The notes under the pieces were generated by a model. That model saw only the letters and a list, made by a program, of their open reading frames with translations, had not been told where the DNA came from and made no database searches. Shown piece after piece: positions 61,806 to 64,000 of a DNA stretch of 64,000 nucleotides (positions within the stretch are counted from its first letter, which is position 1; the number at the start of each line of letters is the position of its first letter). Source of the DNA: Dehalococcoidia bacterium (lineage in GTDB: Bacteria; Chloroflexota; Dehalococcoidia; Lucifugimonadales; UBA2985); the NCBI GenBank assembly GCA_965221925.1, contig OZ244924.1, positions 68,199 through 132,198 on the forward strand. The letters run 5' to 3'. Both the position numbers and the translations under genes were made by a program.

Positions 61806-62515
61806 AGAACACCTTAACCATAGCCTGGAAGGAGACCAGGACGTACTTTGTCTCTCCTATGGCCTACATTATCATGGCGGTATACACCGCCCTGGCGGCC
61901 TACTACTTTGTCACCAGCATTAGTGGAGTTCTGCCGGAGGCCACCATACGCGGGTACATAGTGCCCAGCACGTTCATCTTCATCCTCCTGTCACCCATCA
62001 TAACCATGAGGCTCTTGGCGGAGGAGCAGAAGCTGGGGACGCTGGAGCTGCTCATGACCTCCCCGGTGCGTGACTACGAGATTGTCATGGGGAAGTTCCT
62101 GGCCTCCATGGCCAGCCTGCTGTCCGTCCTGGTTCCCACCATCTACCTGGTGATTCTGCTCACCTGGTTTGCCACGCCGGATGTAGGGCCCATCCTGAGC
62201 GGCTACCTGGGATTGGCGTTCTTCGGCATGGCCACCCTCTCAGTGGGGCTGCTCGCCTCGTCCCTGTCCGGGAACCAGATAGTGGCCGCCGTGCTGGCTA
62301 TGGGTATGCTCCTCATCCTGTCTATTGTGGACCTGGCGTCTTCCTATGCGGGCGGCATATTTGCGGAGCTGGTCTTGCAGATCTCTATAACCACCCATCT
62401 GGAGAGCTTCGCTCGGGGAGTGGTTGACACCCACGACATGGTCTACTACCTCATCTTCACCACCTTCATGCTGTTCCTCACCGTCAGGTCCCTGGAGTCC
62501 AGGAGGTGGAGATAG
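61802..62515 (+). CDS. ABC-2 permease (GldF-like)
   Basis: Its start overlaps the upstream stop (ATGA). It has six TM helices. Confidence 0.88.
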   Translation: MKNTLTIAWKETRTYFVSPMAYIIMAVYTALAAYYFVTSISGVLPEATIRGYIVPSTFIFILLSPIITMRLLAEEQKLGTLELLMTSPVRDYEIVMGKFLASMASLLSVLVPTIYLVILLTWFATPDVGPILSGYLGLAFFGMATLSVGLLASSLSGNQIVAAVLAMGMLLILSIVDLASSYAGGIFAELVLQISITTHLESFARGVVDTHDMVYYLIFTTFMLFLTVRSLESRRWR

Positions 62516-62517
62516 CC

Positions 62518-64000
62518 ATGCGGAGCGACCGTCGGAGGGAGCCACGCGGGCGCGCAAGTGAGGAGCCACAGCGTCGTTTCAACTTGGAGAAGCTGAAGGA
62601 TACGCTGGTGGACGCGGGGCCTATCCTGTCGCTGTCCGGGATGGTGATACTGGTGGGCGGTTTCGTGGTGTGGCTCACCATTCGCGAGCTGCGGGGGCCG
62701 GCCCAGGCGCTGATAGCCCTGGCACTGCTGATGCTGATCACCTCTGTGGCAACCCACCTGCCCACCGTGAGAAGCGCCGTCATGGCTCGTACTGGGCGGT
62801 ACGCCGCCAACACCCTGGTAATGGTGAGCGCCCTTACAGCCATACTGGTCCTGCTTGGGTTCATATCCTCGCAGAACGCCTACCGTCTGGACTTAACCGC
62901 CACCAGGCAATTCACCCTGGCTCCACAGACCCAGCAGATACTGAACAATCTGGAAGAGCCGGTGAAGGCTACCATCTACTCCAGCCCGCAGGACATCCGC
63001 CAAGAACGAATTAAACGGCAGGCTGACGACTTCTTCTTCGAGTTCAACCGGCGAAACGGACAGTTCACCTACGACTTCATAGACCCGGACCTGACACCCT
63101 CGCAGGCCAGACGGGACGGAGTCACCGAATACCCCACAATTGCCTTCAAGGCCACCGACTCCGATCGCAACCCATACCTGGTGACGCCTCTGTTCTTTGG
63201 AGAGGATTTCACACTCCTGGAGCAGGACCTGGTGAGCGCTCTGCTGATAGCTACCGGCGAGCAGCAGAAGGTGGTCTACTTCACCACCGGCCACAGCGAG
63301 CGCAACACCGGCGACGCAAGGGAAGACAGCGACGGCTACGGCCTGGCCCGCGCCGGCCTTCTTGGGGACAACTACCTGGTGCGGACCCTGAACCTGAGGG
63401 AGGTGGAGGCCATACCGGAGGATGCGGCGGTCCTCATTGTCGCCGGACCACGCAACAGCATCCTAGAGGGTGAGCGGGACATGATGGAGGAGTACCTTAT
63501 GGGCGGCGGCAGGGCCATGTTCCTCATCGACGACGCGGTCAACACCCAGATGAACAAGCTCTTCAACAAGTGGGGCGTGAACCTGCCCCAGGGCAGCGTT
63601 GTGGACTTCGCCAGCTCCACCGTGGCCGACCCCAGGAGCCCGATAATACGGCGCAGCGCTTACGACCCGGACCATCCTGTGACCAGGCCCCTGGACGACA
63701 GCTTCTTTACGGAGGCAACCGGCATACAGGACATCATAGAGAGGTCCCCTGAGGGCGTACCCCCCAATCCGGATGAGCTGAATATCGCCCACACAACCCT
63801 GGCCGTGTCCTCCATCTTCAGCTGCATAACCGTTGTCAGCGACGCCTCCGATTGCTCCGAGGAAGGGGATATCCCCGGTCCGTTCTCGCTTGTAATGGTC
63901 ATAGAGGCCATAGCCACCGTTGGAGAGGAGGCTCCTGACGTGCTCCCGGGGGAGGATGTGACCATTGCCTCTATGCTGGTCTTCGGCGACTCCGACTTCG
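62518..64000 (+). CDS. GldG-like ABC-transport auxiliary protein (3' end outside the window)
   Basis: ATG 62518 lies 2 nt after the upstream stop. I translated by hand and the frame stays open to the window edge, which is why it is absent from the ORF track. Motifs: YFTTGHSE, LIVAGP, FGDSDF. Confidence 0.85.
   Translation, partial: MRSDRRREPRGRASEEPQRRFNLEKLKDTLVDAGPILSLSGMVILVGGFVVWLTIRELRGPAQALIALALLMLITSVATHLPTVRSAVMARTGRYAANTLVMVSALTAILVLLGFISSQNAYRLDLTATRQFTLAPQTQQILNNLEEPVKATIYSSPQDIRQERIKRQADDFFFEFNRRNGQFTYDFIDPDLTPSQARRDGVTEYPTIAFKATDSDRNPYLVTPLFFGEDFTLLEQDLVSALLIATGEQQKVVYFTTGHSERNTGDAREDSDGYGLARAGLLGDNYLVRTLNLREVEAIPEDAAVLIVAGPRNSILEGERDMMEEYLMGGGRAMFLIDDAVNTQMNKLFNKWGVNLPQGSVVDFASSTVADPRSPIIRRSAYDPDHPVTRPLDDSFFTEATGIQDIIERSPEGVPPNPDELNIAHTTLAVSSIFSCITVVSDASDCSEEGDIPGPFSLVMVIEAIATVGEEAPDVLPGEDVTIASMLVFGDSDF

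Overview
High-GC bacterial chromosomal window (roughly 58-60% GC by eye). It is probably from a Chloroflexota-like organism. That inference rests on three traits: lipoproteins with long Pro/Thr linkers, many CaiB-type CoA-transferase and thiolase-like genes, and dense mosaic REP/MITE repeats. Housekeeping genes present are recA-recX, glnA, dxs, rpsT, rel, tRNA-Asn, an ABC-F ATPase, a Dpp/Opp-like importer, a heterodimeric ABC exporter and a GldAFG-like ABC system. Between them lie accessory patches: an intact IS481-family element inserted into a MITE; IS3 and IS5 debris; a tRNA-Asn-adjacent islet bounded by 25-bp direct repeats; an AT-rich two-gene cassette; a prophage remnant that keeps only the packaging module (TerL and portal); a plant-type LRR lipoprotein inside a decayed segmental duplication; a His-rich metal module (a 68-aa HECD-repeat peptide plus a CDF exporter with about 12 tandem His-rich units); and two unrelated genes each bracketed by the same 25-26 bp inverted repeat. 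At least a dozen intergenic regions hold mosaic REP-like elements, and these produce many false six-frame ORFs. I found no rRNA gene, CRISPR array, reverse transcriptase or recognisable multi-gene defence system. My best candidates for something new are the inverted-repeat-bracketed cassettes, the metal module, the packaging-only phage module, the AT-rich cassette and the tRNA islet. All functional calls come from motif recognition by eye; no database search was run.
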